A stretch of 64,000 bases of DNA from an uncultured bacterium (GTDB taxonomy: Bacteria > Omnitrophota > Omnitrophia > Omnitrophales > Aquincolibacteriaceae), in contig CAZSFZ010000007.1 of NCBI GenBank assembly GCA_964606385.1, forward strand, positions 6,688 through 70,687, read 5' to 3'. The notes beneath the pieces are model-generated. The model was not told the origin of the DNA and did not search any database. It saw nothing but the letters and a program-made list of their open reading frames with translations. Below are positions 50,535 through 61,442 of this stretch, piece by piece. The stretch's first letter is position 1, and each line of letters begins with the position of its first letter. The translations under genes and the position numbers were made by a program.

Positions 50535-53261
50535 TTGAACCTTAAAATGACGAAACAGGCCCCGAAGAAGCGTTCCCAAGGGGAAAAACTGTTCCTGGTG
50601 GACGGGAACTCCTTTTGTTACCGGGCTTTTTACGCGATCCCGAACCTGACAAATTCCAAGGGAGAGCCGACAAACGCGATCTACGGGTTCGCGACCATGA
50701 TGCGCAAGCTCATGGAGGAACAAAAACCGGGCTATGCGGCCATATGCTTTGACCGGAAGGAACCGACGTTCCGGCATGAGCAATATAAGGAATACAAGGC
50801 GCACCGCAAGCCCATGCCGGAAGAGCTTGTAAAGCAGATCGAGCCGATCAAGGAATTCTGCCGGCTCTCGAACTGGACGATCTTTGAAAAAGCGGGCTAT
50901 GAAGCTGATGACGTGATCGGGACTTTGGCCCGCCGCGGCGAAGAAGAAGGCTGCCAGGTATTCATTATCACCGGGGACAAGGATGCTTTCCAGCTCGTGA
51001 ATGACCGGATCAAGATCCTTCAGCCGCATAAGGAGAATCTCGTTTACGACGCGGAGAAGGTCCGTGAACGTTTTAGCGGCCTTGGGCCCGACAAGATCGT
51101 GGACATTCTGGCGCTCATGGGCGATGCCTCGGATAACATTCCGGGCGTTCCCGGGATCGGCGAAAAAACGGCCATGAAACTGGTCCAGGAATTCGGTTCC
51201 GTGAAGGGCCTGATGGACCGTCTGGAGGAGGTCCCGTCGGAGAAACAACGGCAAAAGATCCGGGAAAACCTGGAAGACCTCAAAATGTCCCACATGCTGG
51301 CGACGATCGATACGAATGTCCCTTTAGAAATCGACTGGAACGCTTTGCGGGTGGTCGAGCCCGACGCCGAAGGGCTTATGGAATTTTTCAGGCGCTATGA
51401 ATTCCGCGGGTTTTTGAAAAGCGCCGCGGTGCAGGGGGCTAAAGAAGACAAAGCAAGGGACTACAAGGCCGTTCAGACGGCGCAGGAGCTCAAGGTTTTT
51501 GCGGAGAGCCTCAGGAAAGCGGAAGCTTTCAGTTTCGATACTGAAACGACCTCGACGGATCCGATGAGGGCCGCGCTGGTCGGCATGAGCTTTTGCTGGG
51601 AGCCTTTCAAGGCGTATTACATCCCCGTATCGCTTGCGGCGCATCAGGGCCTCGGATTGCCGCTCGCGGAGATCTCGAAAGTTTTGAAACCGGTTCTGGA
51701 AGATGCAAAGATCGCCAAATACGGACAGAACATTAAATACGATACGATCGTGATGGCGCGTCACGGCGTCGAGCTTGCGGGTGCCGCATTCGACACCATG
51801 ATCGCGAGCTATCTGATCGATCCTGTAAAACGAAATCACAATCTTGATGATATTTCGCTCGAATACCTGAACGTTAAAAAGATCACGACTGAAAGCCTGA
51901 TCGGAACAGGGAAAAAGAGCATCACGATGGACGCGGTCCCGCTCGAACGGATCGCGGAATACGCCTGTGAAGACGCGGATTGCGTGATGAGGCTCGTGCC
52001 CATTCTCAGAAAAAGGATGGAAGAACTCGATCTGACCGGGCTTTATGAAAAGGTCGAAATGCCTTTGTCGGGGGTTCTGGCCCGCATCGAAAGGAACGGC
52101 GTGGCGCTGGACCTGAAGTTCCTGAAGGAGCTTTCAGGGAAGGCCGCGCAGGAGATCGAAGCGCTGGTTAAAGAGATCCATAAGGAAGCGGGGAGCGAAT
52201 TCAATCTCGATTCCCCGAAACAGCTGGCGGACGTGCTTTTTGTTCAGCAAAAATTGCCGGCCCTGAAAAAGATCAAAACAGGTTATTCGACGGACGCAAG
52301 CGTGCTTGAAAAACTCGCGCTTTCGCACGAATTGCCGCGCAAGATCCTGGAATACCGGGAACGCGCAAAGCTGCGGTCGACTTATCTTGACGCGTTGCCG
52401 GAGATGGTGAATCCGGAAACGCATTGCGTGCACACATCGTTCAATCAGACGACGACGGATACAGGACGGCTTTCGAGCTCGGAACCGAATTTACAAAATA
52501 TCCCGGTCAAGACCGAGATGGGAAGGCTTGTCCGGAAGGCGTTCGTGCCGCGGCCGCGCGCGAAGGGAAAAGGGAAGGTCCTGTCGGCGGATTATTCGCA
52601 GATCGAACTCAGGATCCTGGCGCATTTTTCGGGGGACCCGAACCTGACCCGGGCGTTCGCGGAGGATCGGGACATTCATACGTACACGGCGACGCTTCTT
52701 TACGGCGTAAAAGAAAAAGACGTGACCCGCGAGATGCGGAACGCCGCCAAAACGATCAATTTCAGCATCGTATACGGAAAAACAAGTTTCGGGCTGGCGC
52801 AGGACCTCGGGATGTCGATCTCGGAAGCCGACCAGTTCATCAAGAATTATTTCGCGCGCTATGCCGGGATCAAAGAATTCCTGGACGCGCAGAAAGAAAA
52901 AGCGAAAAAAGAAGGCCATTTGACCACGATCCTTGGACGGCGTTCTTATTTTCCGAACATCAACGCGTCCAACATGCAGTTGCGGCAGTATGCCGAGCGG
53001 TCGGCCATTAACGCGCCGATCCAGGGATCTGCGGCGGATCTGATCAAGATCGCCATGATCGCGATCCAGCGGAAACTGGACGAAGAACAAAGTAAAAGCC
53101 TGATGATCATGCAGGTGCATGACGAGCTTGTGTTTGACGCACCGGCGGATGAGATCGAGACGCTTTCGGTGCTTGTGAAAAAAGAAATGGAAGGGGCCTA
53201 CAGGCTCAAAGTGCCGCTTAAGGCGGACATCACCACAGGGGAGACATGGTACAAAAACTGA
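50535..53261 (+). CDS. polA: DNA polymerase I (5'-3' exonuclease, 3'-5' exonuclease-like and polymerase domains).
   Basis: KLFLVDGNSFCYRAFYAIP (5' nuclease), and a C-terminal pol A family (RRSAKTINFSIVYG...QVHDELVFD). The start is either TTG at 50535 or ATG at 50547. Confidence 0.95.
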   Translation: MNLKMTKQAPKKRSQGEKLFLVDGNSFCYRAFYAIPNLTNSKGEPTNAIYGFATMMRKLMEEQKPGYAAICFDRKEPTFRHEQYKEYKAHRKPMPEELVKQIEPIKEFCRLSNWTIFEKAGYEADDVIGTLARRGEEEGCQVFIITGDKDAFQLVNDRIKILQPHKENLVYDAEKVRERFSGLGPDKIVDILALMGDASDNIPGVPGIGEKTAMKLVQEFGSVKGLMDRLEEVPSEKQRQKIRENLEDLKMSHMLATIDTNVPLEIDWNALRVVEPDAEGLMEFFRRYEFRGFLKSAAVQGAKEDKARDYKAVQTAQELKVFAESLRKAEAFSFDTETTSTDPMRAALVGMSFCWEPFKAYYIPVSLAAHQGLGLPLAEISKVLKPVLEDAKIAKYGQNIKYDTIVMARHGVELAGAAFDTMIASYLIDPVKRNHNLDDISLEYLNVKKITTESLIGTGKKSITMDAVPLERIAEYACEDADCVMRLVPILRKRMEELDLTGLYEKVEMPLSGVLARIERNGVALDLKFLKELSGKAAQEIEALVKEIHKEAGSEFNLDSPKQLADVLFVQQKLPALKKIKTGYSTDASVLEKLALSHELPRKILEYRERAKLRSTYLDALPEMVNPETHCVHTSFNQTTTDTGRLSSSEPNLQNIPVKTEMGRLVRKAFVPRPRAKGKGKVLSADYSQIELRILAHFSGDPNLTRAFAEDRDIHTYTATLLYGVKEKDVTREMRNAAKTINFSIVYGKTSFGLAQDLGMSISEADQFIKNYFARYAGIKEFLDAQKEKAKKEGHLTTILGRRSYFPNINASNMQLRQYAERSAINAPIQGSAADLIKIAMIAIQRKLDEEQSKSLMIMQVHDELVFDAPADEIETLSVLVKKEMEGAYRLKVPLKADITTGETWYKN

Positions 53262-53860
53262 TCGTGGGACTGACCGGCGGTTTCGGGGTCGGGAAAAGCT
53301 CGGTCGCGCAGCGTTTCAAGAATATGGGAGCCGAAATTATCGACGCTGACGACATCGCGCACGACGCCATGAAAAAAGGCAGCCCGGTTTTTGATGCCGT
53401 GATCGAACTTTTTGAAGAAGCGCTTCACCCGGGAGGTAAAAAGATGGACCGGGCCATGATCGCCGAAATCGTTTTCAGCGATCCCAAAAAAAGAAAAGCG
53501 CTCGAGGCGATCATTCATCCTTATGTTTATAAGAAGATCCAGGAAAAGATCGAGGCGTCCGAACGGCCGGTGATCGTGATCGAAGTACCGCTCCTTTTTG
53601 AGGCCGGCTTCGAGAAATTATGCGACAAGGTCGTGACCGTCACCTGTAATTCCATGGTCAAGATGAAGCGCCTCAAGAGCAAGAGGTTCACCGAGCAGGA
53701 TATCCGGGCGCGCGAACGGGCACAAATGTCGGAGGCCCTCAAGGCGCAGAAAGCGAATTTTGTGATCGATAATTCGAAGTCTATTTACCAAACACAAAGG
53801 GAGATCGAGCGGCTTTGGTACAAGTTCGTCTCTCTTTCCAAAGGAGCCAACCAACCATGA
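53246..53860 (+). CDS. coaE: Dephospho-CoA kinase.
   Basis: [15 protein letters not shown]-loop. About 200 aa. It overlaps the polA end. Confidence 0.85.
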   Translation: MVQKLIVGLTGGFGVGKSSVAQRFKNMGAEIIDADDIAHDAMKKGSPVFDAVIELFEEALHPGGKKMDRAMIAEIVFSDPKKRKALEAIIHPYVYKKIQEKIEASERPVIVIEVPLLFEAGFEKLCDKVVTVTCNSMVKMKRLKSKRFTEQDIRARERAQMSEALKAQKANFVIDNSKSIYQTQREIERLWYKFVSLSKGANQP

Positions 53861-55290
53861 TGAGAGAAACAAGAGAAATGCGGGAACCCAAGGAAAAATC
53901 CCACATGCACCACCGCCGCAACGACGACGGGAACGCCAAGCCGCGTCCGCCTCGCATGATGCAGGAAGATGCCGCGGCGAACGGAGAAGCCCTGGAAAAG
54001 GCGCTCCAGCAGCAGAAGTCCGGCGAAAAACCGCTGGACGTGGTGAGCCTGAAGAAAATGAAGATCAGCGAACTTCAGAAAATGGCGCACAAGTTCAACG
54101 TCGAGAACGTGGCCGGTCTGAAGCGCCAGGACCTGATCTTCAAGATCCTTCAGGGACAGGCCCAGCAGTCCGGGCTCATGTTCGGTGAAGGGGTGCTCGA
54201 GATCCTCGAGGACGGGTTCGGCTTCCTGCGTTCTCCTAACTATAACTACCTGCCTTCACCGGATGACATTTATGTCAGCCCGAGCCAGATCCGCCGCTTT
54301 AATTTGAGGACCGGCGATGTGGTGGGCGGGCTGATCCGTCCCCCGAAAGAAGGGGAGCGGTATTTCGCCCTGCTCAAGGTCGAGCTTATCAATTTCGAGG
54401 AGCCGGACAGCGCGAAGGACAAGATCGCTTTCGACAACCTCACGCCGCTTTATCCGGATGAACGGATCAAGTTGGAGACGACCCAGGAAGAAGTCTCAAT
54501 GCGCGTGATGGACCTCCTGACGCCGATCGGTTTCGGGCAAAGAGGCCTGATCGTGGCGCCTCCCTACAGCGGTAAAACGATCCTTTTGCAGAAACTGGCC
54601 AATAGCATCACGACGAATCATCCGGACTCCTATTTGATCGTTCTCTTGATCGATGAGCGCCCGGAGGAAGTCACGGACATGCAGCGTTCCGTGAAAGGCG
54701 AAGTGATCGCATCAACCTTCGATGAACCGGCTGACCGGCACGTCCAGGTCGCGGAGATTGTGCTCGAAAAGGCGAAGCGCCTCGTCGAACATAAACGCGA
54801 TGTCGTTATCCTTCTCGATTCGATCACCCGTCTCGCCCGCGCTTACAACACCGTCGCGCCGCATTCCGGCAAGATCCTTTCGGGCGGCGTGGATTCGAAC
54901 GCGCTCCACAAACCCAAACGCTTCTTCGGCTCGGCGCGAAACGTGGAAGAAGGCGGCAGCATCACGATCATCGCGACCGCGCTCGTGGACACGGGGTCAC
55001 GCATGGACGAGGTCATTTTTGAAGAGTTCAAAGGCACGGGTAATATGGAATTGCAGCTCGACCGCAACCTCTTCCAGCGCAGGATCTACCCGGCCATTGA
55101 TGTGAAGAAGTCCAACACGCGTAAAGAGGACCTCCTGATCCCCGCGGAAGAGCTCAACCGGGTCTGGATCCTCCGCAAGGTCTTGAACGAACTGAATCCG
55201 TCGGAAGCCATGGAGCTTCTGGTGGACCGTCTTAAAAAAACCAAATCCAACGCTGATTTTCTTATCAGCATGAATAAAGCAAAGGAGTAA
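53857..55290 (+). CDS. rho: Transcription termination factor Rho, with an N-terminal extension of about 50 aa.
   Basis: The ATGATGA start overlaps the coaE stop. N-terminal domain ([30 protein letters not shown]), RNA-binding OB fold and RecA-like ATPase. The ORF extends further upstream to 53815. Confidence 0.9.
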   Translation: MMRETREMREPKEKSHMHHRRNDDGNAKPRPPRMMQEDAAANGEALEKALQQQKSGEKPLDVVSLKKMKISELQKMAHKFNVENVAGLKRQDLIFKILQGQAQQSGLMFGEGVLEILEDGFGFLRSPNYNYLPSPDDIYVSPSQIRRFNLRTGDVVGGLIRPPKEGERYFALLKVELINFEEPDSAKDKIAFDNLTPLYPDERIKLETTQEEVSMRVMDLLTPIGFGQRGLIVAPPYSGKTILLQKLANSITTNHPDSYLIVLLIDERPEEVTDMQRSVKGEVIASTFDEPADRHVQVAEIVLEKAKRLVEHKRDVVILLDSITRLARAYNTVAPHSGKILSGGVDSNALHKPKRFFGSARNVEEGGSITIIATALVDTGSRMDEVIFEEFKGTGNMELQLDRNLFQRRIYPAIDVKKSNTRKEDLLIPAEELNRVWILRKVLNELNPSEAMELLVDRLKKTKSNADFLISMNKAKE

Positions 55291-55294
55291 CACC

Positions 55295-55618
55295 ATGAAA
55301 AAAGACATTCATCCCAAATACGGTCCCGCAACCATCCAGTGCGCTTGCGGCAACACGATCGAAACGCGTAGCGTGATGCCCCGGATCCAGGTGGACATCT
55401 GTTCGAATTGCCATCCGTTCTTTACGGGCAAGCAGAAGATCCTCGATACGGCCGGCCGCATCGACCGTTTCAAGAAAAAATTCCAGGATCGCGTGGCGGT
55501 GACCAAAAAAACCACAAAAACACTGCCGAAGATGCCGGTCAAACTCAAGTTTTCGGAAGACGCCCGGAAAGAAAAACTCCAGGCGCTCAAGGCCAAGGTC
55601 CAGGCGGAAGGAAAATAA
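55295..55618 (+). CDS. rpmE: 50S ribosomal protein L31.
   Basis: [27 protein letters not shown]...[13 protein letters not shown]. Confidence 0.9.
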   Translation: MKKDIHPKYGPATIQCACGNTIETRSVMPRIQVDICSNCHPFFTGKQKILDTAGRIDRFKKKFQDRVAVTKKTTKTLPKMPVKLKFSEDARKEKLQALKAKVQAEGK

Positions 55619-55636
55619 CAAAATAAAGATCGGTCC

Positions 55637-55700
55637 ACGGGCAAGGGACCACGCGCCACGCGGTTTTTCCGTGGAACGTGGCCCGCAAACCGTGGCCCTT
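55637..55700. repeat. GC-rich palindromic element. Copy C: an extended imperfect palindrome with three CCACG and three CGTGG units and a central T-run. Probable rpmE terminator.
   Basis: CCACGGGCAAGGGACCACGCGCCACGCGGTTTTTCCGTGGAACGTGGCCCGCAAACCGTGGCCC. It shares the CACGGGC/GTGGCCC core with copies A and B. Confidence 0.5.
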
Positions 55701-55704
55701 ATTC

Positions 55705-56775
55705 ATGAGAATCCGCGAGCGGTTGGAAAAAACAGAGGCCAGGTTCCGGGAGATCGAGGCTTTACTCGGCGATCCGGAAACTCCCCGGAGCAAATTCCAG
55801 GCTTTGAGCAAGGAAATGTCGCTCCTGAAGCCCATTATGGAGCTCTTTGACCAATACAGGGCGACGGAACGCGAAGTCGCGAGTTTGAAACACAGCCATG
55901 GCGACAGCCACGGCGACGAAGACATGAAGGGCCTGATCGCGGAGGAGTTGAAGGCCCTCGAGGAAAAGCAGAAAGAGCGGGAAGCCAAACTCGAAGAACT
56001 GTTCCTCCGGGATATGCAGCCGGACGCGGCCCGCGACGTGATCGTGGAGGTCCGGGCGGGAACAGGCGGGGAAGAAGCGGCCCTTTTTGTGGCGGATCTT
56101 TTCCGCATGTACAACATGTATGCCGGCAATCACGGCCTCCGCGTGGAAGTGATGGACACGAACCCTACGGGGATCGGCGGCTTCAAAGAGATCATTTTTG
56201 GCGTGACCGGGGACCATGTTTTCAGTTTCTTTAAATATGAAAGCGGGATCCATCGCGTTCAGCGGGTCCCCAAGACCGAAGCGAGCGGACGCATCCACAC
56301 CTCGGCCGTGACGGTGGCGGTGTTGCCCGAAGTCGAGGAAGAGGAGATCGAGATCAAGCCGGAAGATCTCCGGATCGATGTGTACCGGGCCTCAGGGGCC
56401 GGCGGACAACACGTGAACAAGACCGAATCGGCGGTGCGCATCACGCATATGCCGACGGGGTTTGTGGTTGCGTGTCAGGACGAACGGTCACAGCAGAAGA
56501 ACAAAGCGAAGGCGATGCGGATCCTGCGCGCCAAGATCTTTGATTTTCGACGCGCCCAACAGGAAGCGGAGCTCGCGAAAAACCGCAAGGCGCAAGTCGG
56601 ATCAGGAGACCGCTCGGGCAAGATCCGGACCTATAATTATCCAGACAACCGCGTGACGGACCACCGGATCGGGCTGACGCTCCATAGCCTGGGACAGATC
56701 ATGGACGGGAAACTGGACCCGGTCGTTGAAGCGCTCGCGGAAGACGAAAAAACCCGTCTTTTGACGGCGCTATGA
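55705..56775 (+). CDS. prfA: Peptide chain release factor 1.
   Basis: [20 protein letters not shown] (GGQ motif) and PKT tripeptide (RF1-type). The start is placed at MRIRERLEK. The ORF extends upstream to 55678. Confidence 0.9.
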   Translation: MRIRERLEKTEARFREIEALLGDPETPRSKFQALSKEMSLLKPIMELFDQYRATEREVASLKHSHGDSHGDEDMKGLIAEELKALEEKQKEREAKLEELFLRDMQPDAARDVIVEVRAGTGGEEAALFVADLFRMYNMYAGNHGLRVEVMDTNPTGIGGFKEIIFGVTGDHVFSFFKYESGIHRVQRVPKTEASGRIHTSAVTVAVLPEVEEEEIEIKPEDLRIDVYRASGAGGQHVNKTESAVRITHMPTGFVVACQDERSQQKNKAKAMRILRAKIFDFRRAQQEAELAKNRKAQVGSGDRSGKIRTYNYPDNRVTDHRIGLTLHSLGQIMDGKLDPVVEALAEDEKTRLLTAL

Positions 56776-57650
56776 GCTGTTCAAAAAAAATCAAGAACAG
56801 CGAACTTTTGGAGCTTGCGGCCTGGGGTCGCGCGGAACTTTTTCGCGCGAGGATCGAAGAAGCGCAGGAGGATTGCGAACGGATCCTGATGAATCTTTTC
56901 GGGTGTGTCCGTTCGGCGATCTATCTGGAAGAACATGCGATAGACGGGAATGTCCGCGAACAGTTTGTTTCGCTTATTGAAAAAAGGGTTCGAAGGATCC
57001 CGCTGGCGTACCTTTTAAAAGAGGCGGATTTTTGGCAAGAGACCTTGTATGTGGATGAAAGATGTCTTATCCCCAGACCTGAGACGGAGATCCTGGTCGA
57101 ACAGGTATTAAAAGCGTTTGGAACGGATACGGGGAGGTCTTTTTCTTTTTTGGATATCGGAACAGGCTCCGGCGCGATCGCCGTGGCTATTTTGCGCGCT
57201 TACAAAAACGCTCAAGGGACGCTATTGGACATCTCGAAGGAAGCGTTAGAGGTAGCTCAAAAAAATCTTGGACGGTACAACCTGGAAGATCGAGCCGAGC
57301 TGGTGCAGGGGGATCTGTTCGAGCCGTTTCCAAAAGAAAAAAAATGGGATTTGATCGTTTCGAATCCGCCCTACTTATCAGAGGAGGATTGGAACGGGGT
57401 CCAGGAAGAGCTGAGACACGAGCCCAGGCGGGCCTTGGATGGTGGGAAAGACGGGTTCGATCACTATAGAAGGATCATTGCCAGCGCCAAAGGCCACCTG
57501 ACCCCCGGAGGCCTGCTGGCGCTTGAGGTCGGGCAGGGCCAGGCGGAAAAGGTTTCAAAGTGGCTTCAAGAGGCGGGTTATGCTAATATTCAGCGTTTTA
57601 ATGACTATTCAGGGGTTCAGCGGGTCGTCATGGCCCAGAGGCATATTTAA
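56772..57650 (+). CDS. prmC: Release factor glutamine N5-methyltransferase PrmC (HemK).
   Basis: NPPY motif ([12 protein letters not shown]), SAM-binding [11 protein letters not shown]. The start overlaps the prfA stop. Confidence 0.85.
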   Translation: MSCSKKIKNSELLELAAWGRAELFRARIEEAQEDCERILMNLFGCVRSAIYLEEHAIDGNVREQFVSLIEKRVRRIPLAYLLKEADFWQETLYVDERCLIPRPETEILVEQVLKAFGTDTGRSFSFLDIGTGSGAIAVAILRAYKNAQGTLLDISKEALEVAQKNLGRYNLEDRAELVQGDLFEPFPKEKKWDLIVSNPPYLSEEDWNGVQEELRHEPRRALDGGKDGFDHYRRIIASAKGHLTPGGLLALEVGQGQAEKVSKWLQEAGYANIQRFNDYSGVQRVVMAQRHI

Positions 57651-57655
57651 TATAG

Positions 57656-58921
57656 ATGGATAAGATCATTATTCAGGGAGGCCCCCGCCTTAAAGGCGAG
57701 GTCGACGTCTCCGGCTCCAAGAACGCGGTATTGCCGATCATGGCGGCCGCGCTTTTGACCGAGGAAGAATCCGTCATTACGAACGTTCCGTCGCTTTGGG
57801 ACGTTCATACGATGGTCAAGCTCCTTCGTTCGCTTGGCGCGAAGGCGATCCTTGAAAACGGTTGCCTCAAAGTAAAACCAGGCAAGAACCTGAAGCCTCT
57901 CGCGCCGTACAAGCTTGTGAAGACCATGCGAGCTTCGGTGTGCGTGCTGGGGCCGCTCTTGGCGCGGCTCGGAGAAGCGGAGGTTTCGCTCCCCGGGGGA
58001 TGTGCGATCGGTCCGAGGCCGATCGATCTTCATTTGAAGGGCCTGGAGGCCTTGAACGCCGAGATCACGATCGAACACGGCTATGTGAAGGTCAAGGCCA
58101 ACAAAAAGCTTCGCGGTTCCGAGATCTATCTCGGCGGCGGGTACGGTTCTTCGGTGCTGGCCACCGACAATGTCATGATGGCCGCGACGCTCGCGTACGG
58201 CAAGACCGTGATCGAGAACGCGGCCTGCGAGCCCGAGGTCGTGGACCTCGCGAAATTTTTGAAAAAAATGGGCGCGAAGATCACGGGGGAAGGTTCTCCC
58301 CGGATCGAAGTTGAAGGCGTCCGGAAACTTCACGGCGCGGAACATCAGGTGATCCCGGACCGGATCGAAGCGGGGACCTTTCTTTACGCCGCGGCGATCA
58401 CGGGCGGCGACCTTTTGGTCCGGAAAATGGAGCCGAGCCATCTGAACGCGGTGATCGACAAGCTCCATCAAGCCGGCGTGCGGGTCGACAAGTTCAAGAA
58501 TTCGGTCCGCGTGAGAAAAAACGGAAGATTGAAACCCGTGGATATCACCACGCTGCCGTATCCGGCGTTCCCGACGGACCTGCAGGCGCAGGCGATGGCG
58601 CTCGCGACGGTGACGCCCGGGATCAGCATCGTGACGGAAAAGATCTATCCGAACCGTTTTATGCACGTGCCCGAACTCGGCCGTATGGGCGCGAAGGTTT
58701 TTTTGGAAGGGCCGAGCGCTATTGTTCATGGCGTTAAAAAGTTGAGCGGAGCGCCGGTAATGGCCTCCGACCTCAGGGCCAGCGCGGCGCTTGTGCTCGC
58801 GGGTCTGGTCGCGGAAGGCGCGACGGAAGTCCAGCGCGTGTATCACCTGGACCGGGGTTATGAGAACCTCGAACAAAAGCTCACAGCCCTCGGAGCGATC
58901 ATCCGCAGGGAAAAAGAGTGA
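57656..58921 (+). CDS. murA: UDP-N-acetylglucosamine 1-carboxyvinyltransferase.
   Basis: MDKIIIQGGPRLKGEVDVSGSKNAVLPIMAAALL... 421 aa. Confidence 0.95.
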   Translation: MDKIIIQGGPRLKGEVDVSGSKNAVLPIMAAALLTEEESVITNVPSLWDVHTMVKLLRSLGAKAILENGCLKVKPGKNLKPLAPYKLVKTMRASVCVLGPLLARLGEAEVSLPGGCAIGPRPIDLHLKGLEALNAEITIEHGYVKVKANKKLRGSEIYLGGGYGSSVLATDNVMMAATLAYGKTVIENAACEPEVVDLAKFLKKMGAKITGEGSPRIEVEGVRKLHGAEHQVIPDRIEAGTFLYAAAITGGDLLVRKMEPSHLNAVIDKLHQAGVRVDKFKNSVRVRKNGRLKPVDITTLPYPAFPTDLQAQAMALATVTPGISIVTEKIYPNRFMHVPELGRMGAKVFLEGPSAIVHGVKKLSGAPVMASDLRASAALVLAGLVAEGATEVQRVYHLDRGYENLEQKLTALGAIIRREKE

Positions 58922-58958
58922 TCTTAAATTTTAATCAAGCAGCATCAAAGGAGGCCAT

Positions 58959-59216
58959 GTGGCAGTCAGGATCAGAATGAAACGTTTCGGCAGCAAGAAC
59001 CGCCCCCAGTGGCGCATCGTGGTCAGCGAGACCAAGATGCCGCGCGACGGGCGCTTCATCGAGGAGATCGGCTATTACGACGCTCTTCCCAAGGAAGATA
59101 TTTTTGTCGTGAAGCAGGACCGTCTCGATTACTGGGTGAAACAGGGCGCTCAGATGAGCGTGGCCCTGAAGAGCCTGGTCCGCCGGCAGAAGAAAAAAGC
59201 AAAGAAGAGCGCCTGA
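58959..59216 (+). CDS. rpsP: 30S ribosomal protein S16.
   Basis: MAVRIRMKRFGSKNRPQWRIVVSETKMPRDGRFIEEIGYYD. Confidence 0.9.
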   Translation: MAVRIRMKRFGSKNRPQWRIVVSETKMPRDGRFIEEIGYYDALPKEDIFVVKQDRLDYWVKQGAQMSVALKSLVRRQKKKAKKSA

Positions 59217-59241
59217 GGCCTTCGGGCCAGGAAGGCGTTTT

Positions 59242-59913
59242 ATGCTTACGATCGATATCGTAACGCTCTTCCCGGATTTTTTTAAAAGCCCTCTGGAGGC
59301 GTCGCTTTTAAAAAAAGCGCAGGCCAAGGGGCTCGTGAAGATCCGGGCCCGCAATCTCCGGGATTGGACGCACGACCGTCATAAAACAGCGGACGATAAA
59401 CCGTTCGGCGGCGGTGCGGGCATGGTGATGAAGCCCGAACCGATCTTCGAATGTGTGGAAGCGATCGGCAAGAAAGCCTGGGTGGTTCTGCTGGACCCGC
59501 AGGGCGAGCCCATGAGCCAGGCGCTGGCCGCGAAGCTCGCGAAAAAAAAGCATCTGGTCCTGATCGCCGGGCATTATGAAGGCGTTGACCAGCGCGTGAA
59601 GGACCACCTGGTCGATCAGGAAGTCTCGGTGGGGGATTTCATCACGATGGGCGGGGAAGCCCCCGCGCTTTGTTTGATCGAAGCGGTGACGCGGCTTCTG
59701 CCGGGAGTGCTGGGGAACGCGGAGTCGATCAAACACGAAAGTTTTCAAACCGGGATGCTCGAGCATCCCCATTACACACGGCCCCGGGAATACCGGGGAT
59801 GGAAAGTCCCCGAGGTGTTGTTCTCGGGGGATCATCAAGAGCTGGAGGCCTGGCGGAAAAAAAGCGCCGAACAGGTCACAAGGCGCAAAAGGCCTGACCT
59901 TTTGAAATCATAG
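59242..59913 (+). CDS. trmD: tRNA (guanine37-N1)-methyltransferase.
   Basis: IDIVTLFPDFF...DDKPFGGGAGMVMKPEP. 223 aa. Confidence 0.9.
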   Translation: MLTIDIVTLFPDFFKSPLEASLLKKAQAKGLVKIRARNLRDWTHDRHKTADDKPFGGGAGMVMKPEPIFECVEAIGKKAWVVLLDPQGEPMSQALAAKLAKKKHLVLIAGHYEGVDQRVKDHLVDQEVSVGDFITMGGEAPALCLIEAVTRLLPGVLGNAESIKHESFQTGMLEHPHYTRPREYRGWKVPEVLFSGDHQELEAWRKKSAEQVTRRKRPDLLKS

Positions 59914-59935
59914 GCACAAACGGGAGAACGCTCAC

Positions 59936-60244
59936 ATGAGTAAAATGGACATCGTCGAAAAAGAAGTTAAAACCAAAAAAACACCGGAATTCCGCGTGGG
60001 GGACACCCTCAAGGTCCACATCCGCGTCAAGGAAGGCGACAAGACCCGCACCCAGCTTTTCGAAGGGGTCTGCATCCGCAAGAAAGGCAAAGGCGTCCGC
60101 GCCAGCTTTACGGTCCTGAAAGAAAGCTACGGGGACAAGGTCGAGAAGATTTTCCCCCTCCATTCGCCCAACGTGGAAAAAGTCACGGTGAGCTCGAAAG
60201 GCAAAGCGCGCCGCTCAAGATTGTATTATCTGAAAAACCAGTAA
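59936..60244 (+). CDS. rplS: 50S ribosomal protein L19.
   Basis: PEFRVGDTLKVHIRVKEGDKTRTQLFEGVCI. Confidence 0.9.
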   Translation: MSKMDIVEKEVKTKKTPEFRVGDTLKVHIRVKEGDKTRTQLFEGVCIRKKGKGVRASFTVLKESYGDKVEKIFPLHSPNVEKVTVSSKGKARRSRLYYLKNQ

Positions 60245-60264
60245 TCTTTTTCAGATCTGCCGCG

Positions 60265-60963
60265 ATGGAGGCTGCCGCAAAAGGATCCCGCAAAGAGCTT
60301 CTCCTCGAGAAGCTCCGCGCTTTCGACCGGCAGGAAGCCCCTCGCTCGGGTTGGCTGGCCGGTGTGGATGAAGCTGGCCGCGGGCCTTTGGCCGGTCCCG
60401 TGGTCGCGGCGGCCGTGATCCTGACCCAGCCCGAAGCCCTTGCCGGTATTAATGATTCCAAAAAATTAACGGCAAAACGCCGCGAAGAGCTTTATGTCCG
60501 GATCGCGCGTTCCTCGATCGTCGGCATCGGTTTCGCGGATGAAAAACTGATCGACGAAGTTAATATTTATGAAGCCACGCGGCTGGCCATGAAAAAAGCC
60601 GTCCTGAACCTCCCCCACACTCCCGCAAACCTTTTGATTGACGGCCCCATGCGCCTGGATCTCGAGCTGGAACAAAAAGGCGTGATCCACGGTGACGGGA
60701 AATCCGCGAGTATCGCCGCGGCCTCGATCGTCGCTAAGGTTTTCCGGGATCACTGGATGAAAAAACTGCATGAGCTGTACCCCGCCTACGGATTTCTCGG
60801 CCATAAAGGTTACGGGACCGCACAACATATGAAAGCCCTTCGGGAAATAGGCCCCTCACCGGTTCACCGGTATAGTTTCGCCCCTGTACGGGAAGCCGCA
60901 ACCTCTCGTCCGCTCACCGAAGCAGAAATCTTGAATACAGCTTTGAACGGAGCGACTTTGTGA
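60265..60963 (+). CDS. rnhB: Ribonuclease HII.
   Basis: LAGVDEAGRGPLAGPVVAAAVIL...DSKKLT. Confidence 0.9.
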   Translation: MEAAAKGSRKELLLEKLRAFDRQEAPRSGWLAGVDEAGRGPLAGPVVAAAVILTQPEALAGINDSKKLTAKRREELYVRIARSSIVGIGFADEKLIDEVNIYEATRLAMKKAVLNLPHTPANLLIDGPMRLDLELEQKGVIHGDGKSASIAAASIVAKVFRDHWMKKLHELYPAYGFLGHKGYGTAQHMKALREIGPSPVHRYSFAPVREAATSRPLTEAEILNTALNGATL

Positions 60964-61358
60964 GGTTAAAGCCTCACCCAGGACCTTTCCGTTCACCTCT
61001 CGGGGCCCGGGGCGAGACGGTAGCATGGAATTTCCTCAAAGAACGCGGGTATGTGATCCTCGAAAAAAACTACAAATGCAAGCTAGGCGAGATTGATGTG
61101 ATCGCCCGGCGGCAGGGGAGACTGGCTTTTATCGAGATCAAAACGCGGACCACCCCGCAATTCGGCCATCCCCAGGAAGCTGTGGACCTCAGGAAACAGG
61201 AAAAGATCCTGAAGGTTGCCCAGTGGTACCTCAAAGAAAAAAAATCCCAAAACGAGCGGGTCGCGTTCGATGTGGTGGCCATTCTCTGGAGGGAAGGACA
61301 GGCCCCGGAGATAAGCCTATTCACCGACGCTTTTGAAAAAGCGGACGACCGCTATTGA
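60960..61358 (+). CDS. yraN: YraN-family (UPF0102) endonuclease-like protein.
   Basis: GEIDVIARRQGRLAFIEIKTR (PD-(D/E)xK-like core). About 130 aa. It follows rnhB as in many genomes. Confidence 0.75.
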   Translation: MRLKPHPGPFRSPLGARGETVAWNFLKERGYVILEKNYKCKLGEIDVIARRQGRLAFIEIKTRTTPQFGHPQEAVDLRKQEKILKVAQWYLKEKKSQNERVAFDVVAILWREGQAPEISLFTDAFEKADDRY

Positions 61359-61442
61359 TTCTCAAGCGTAAAGGGTGCAAAATATCGGCCGATACTTTCC
61401 AAAAGCAGGCCAGGGATTCTTAACAATCAAATACTCGGGATC

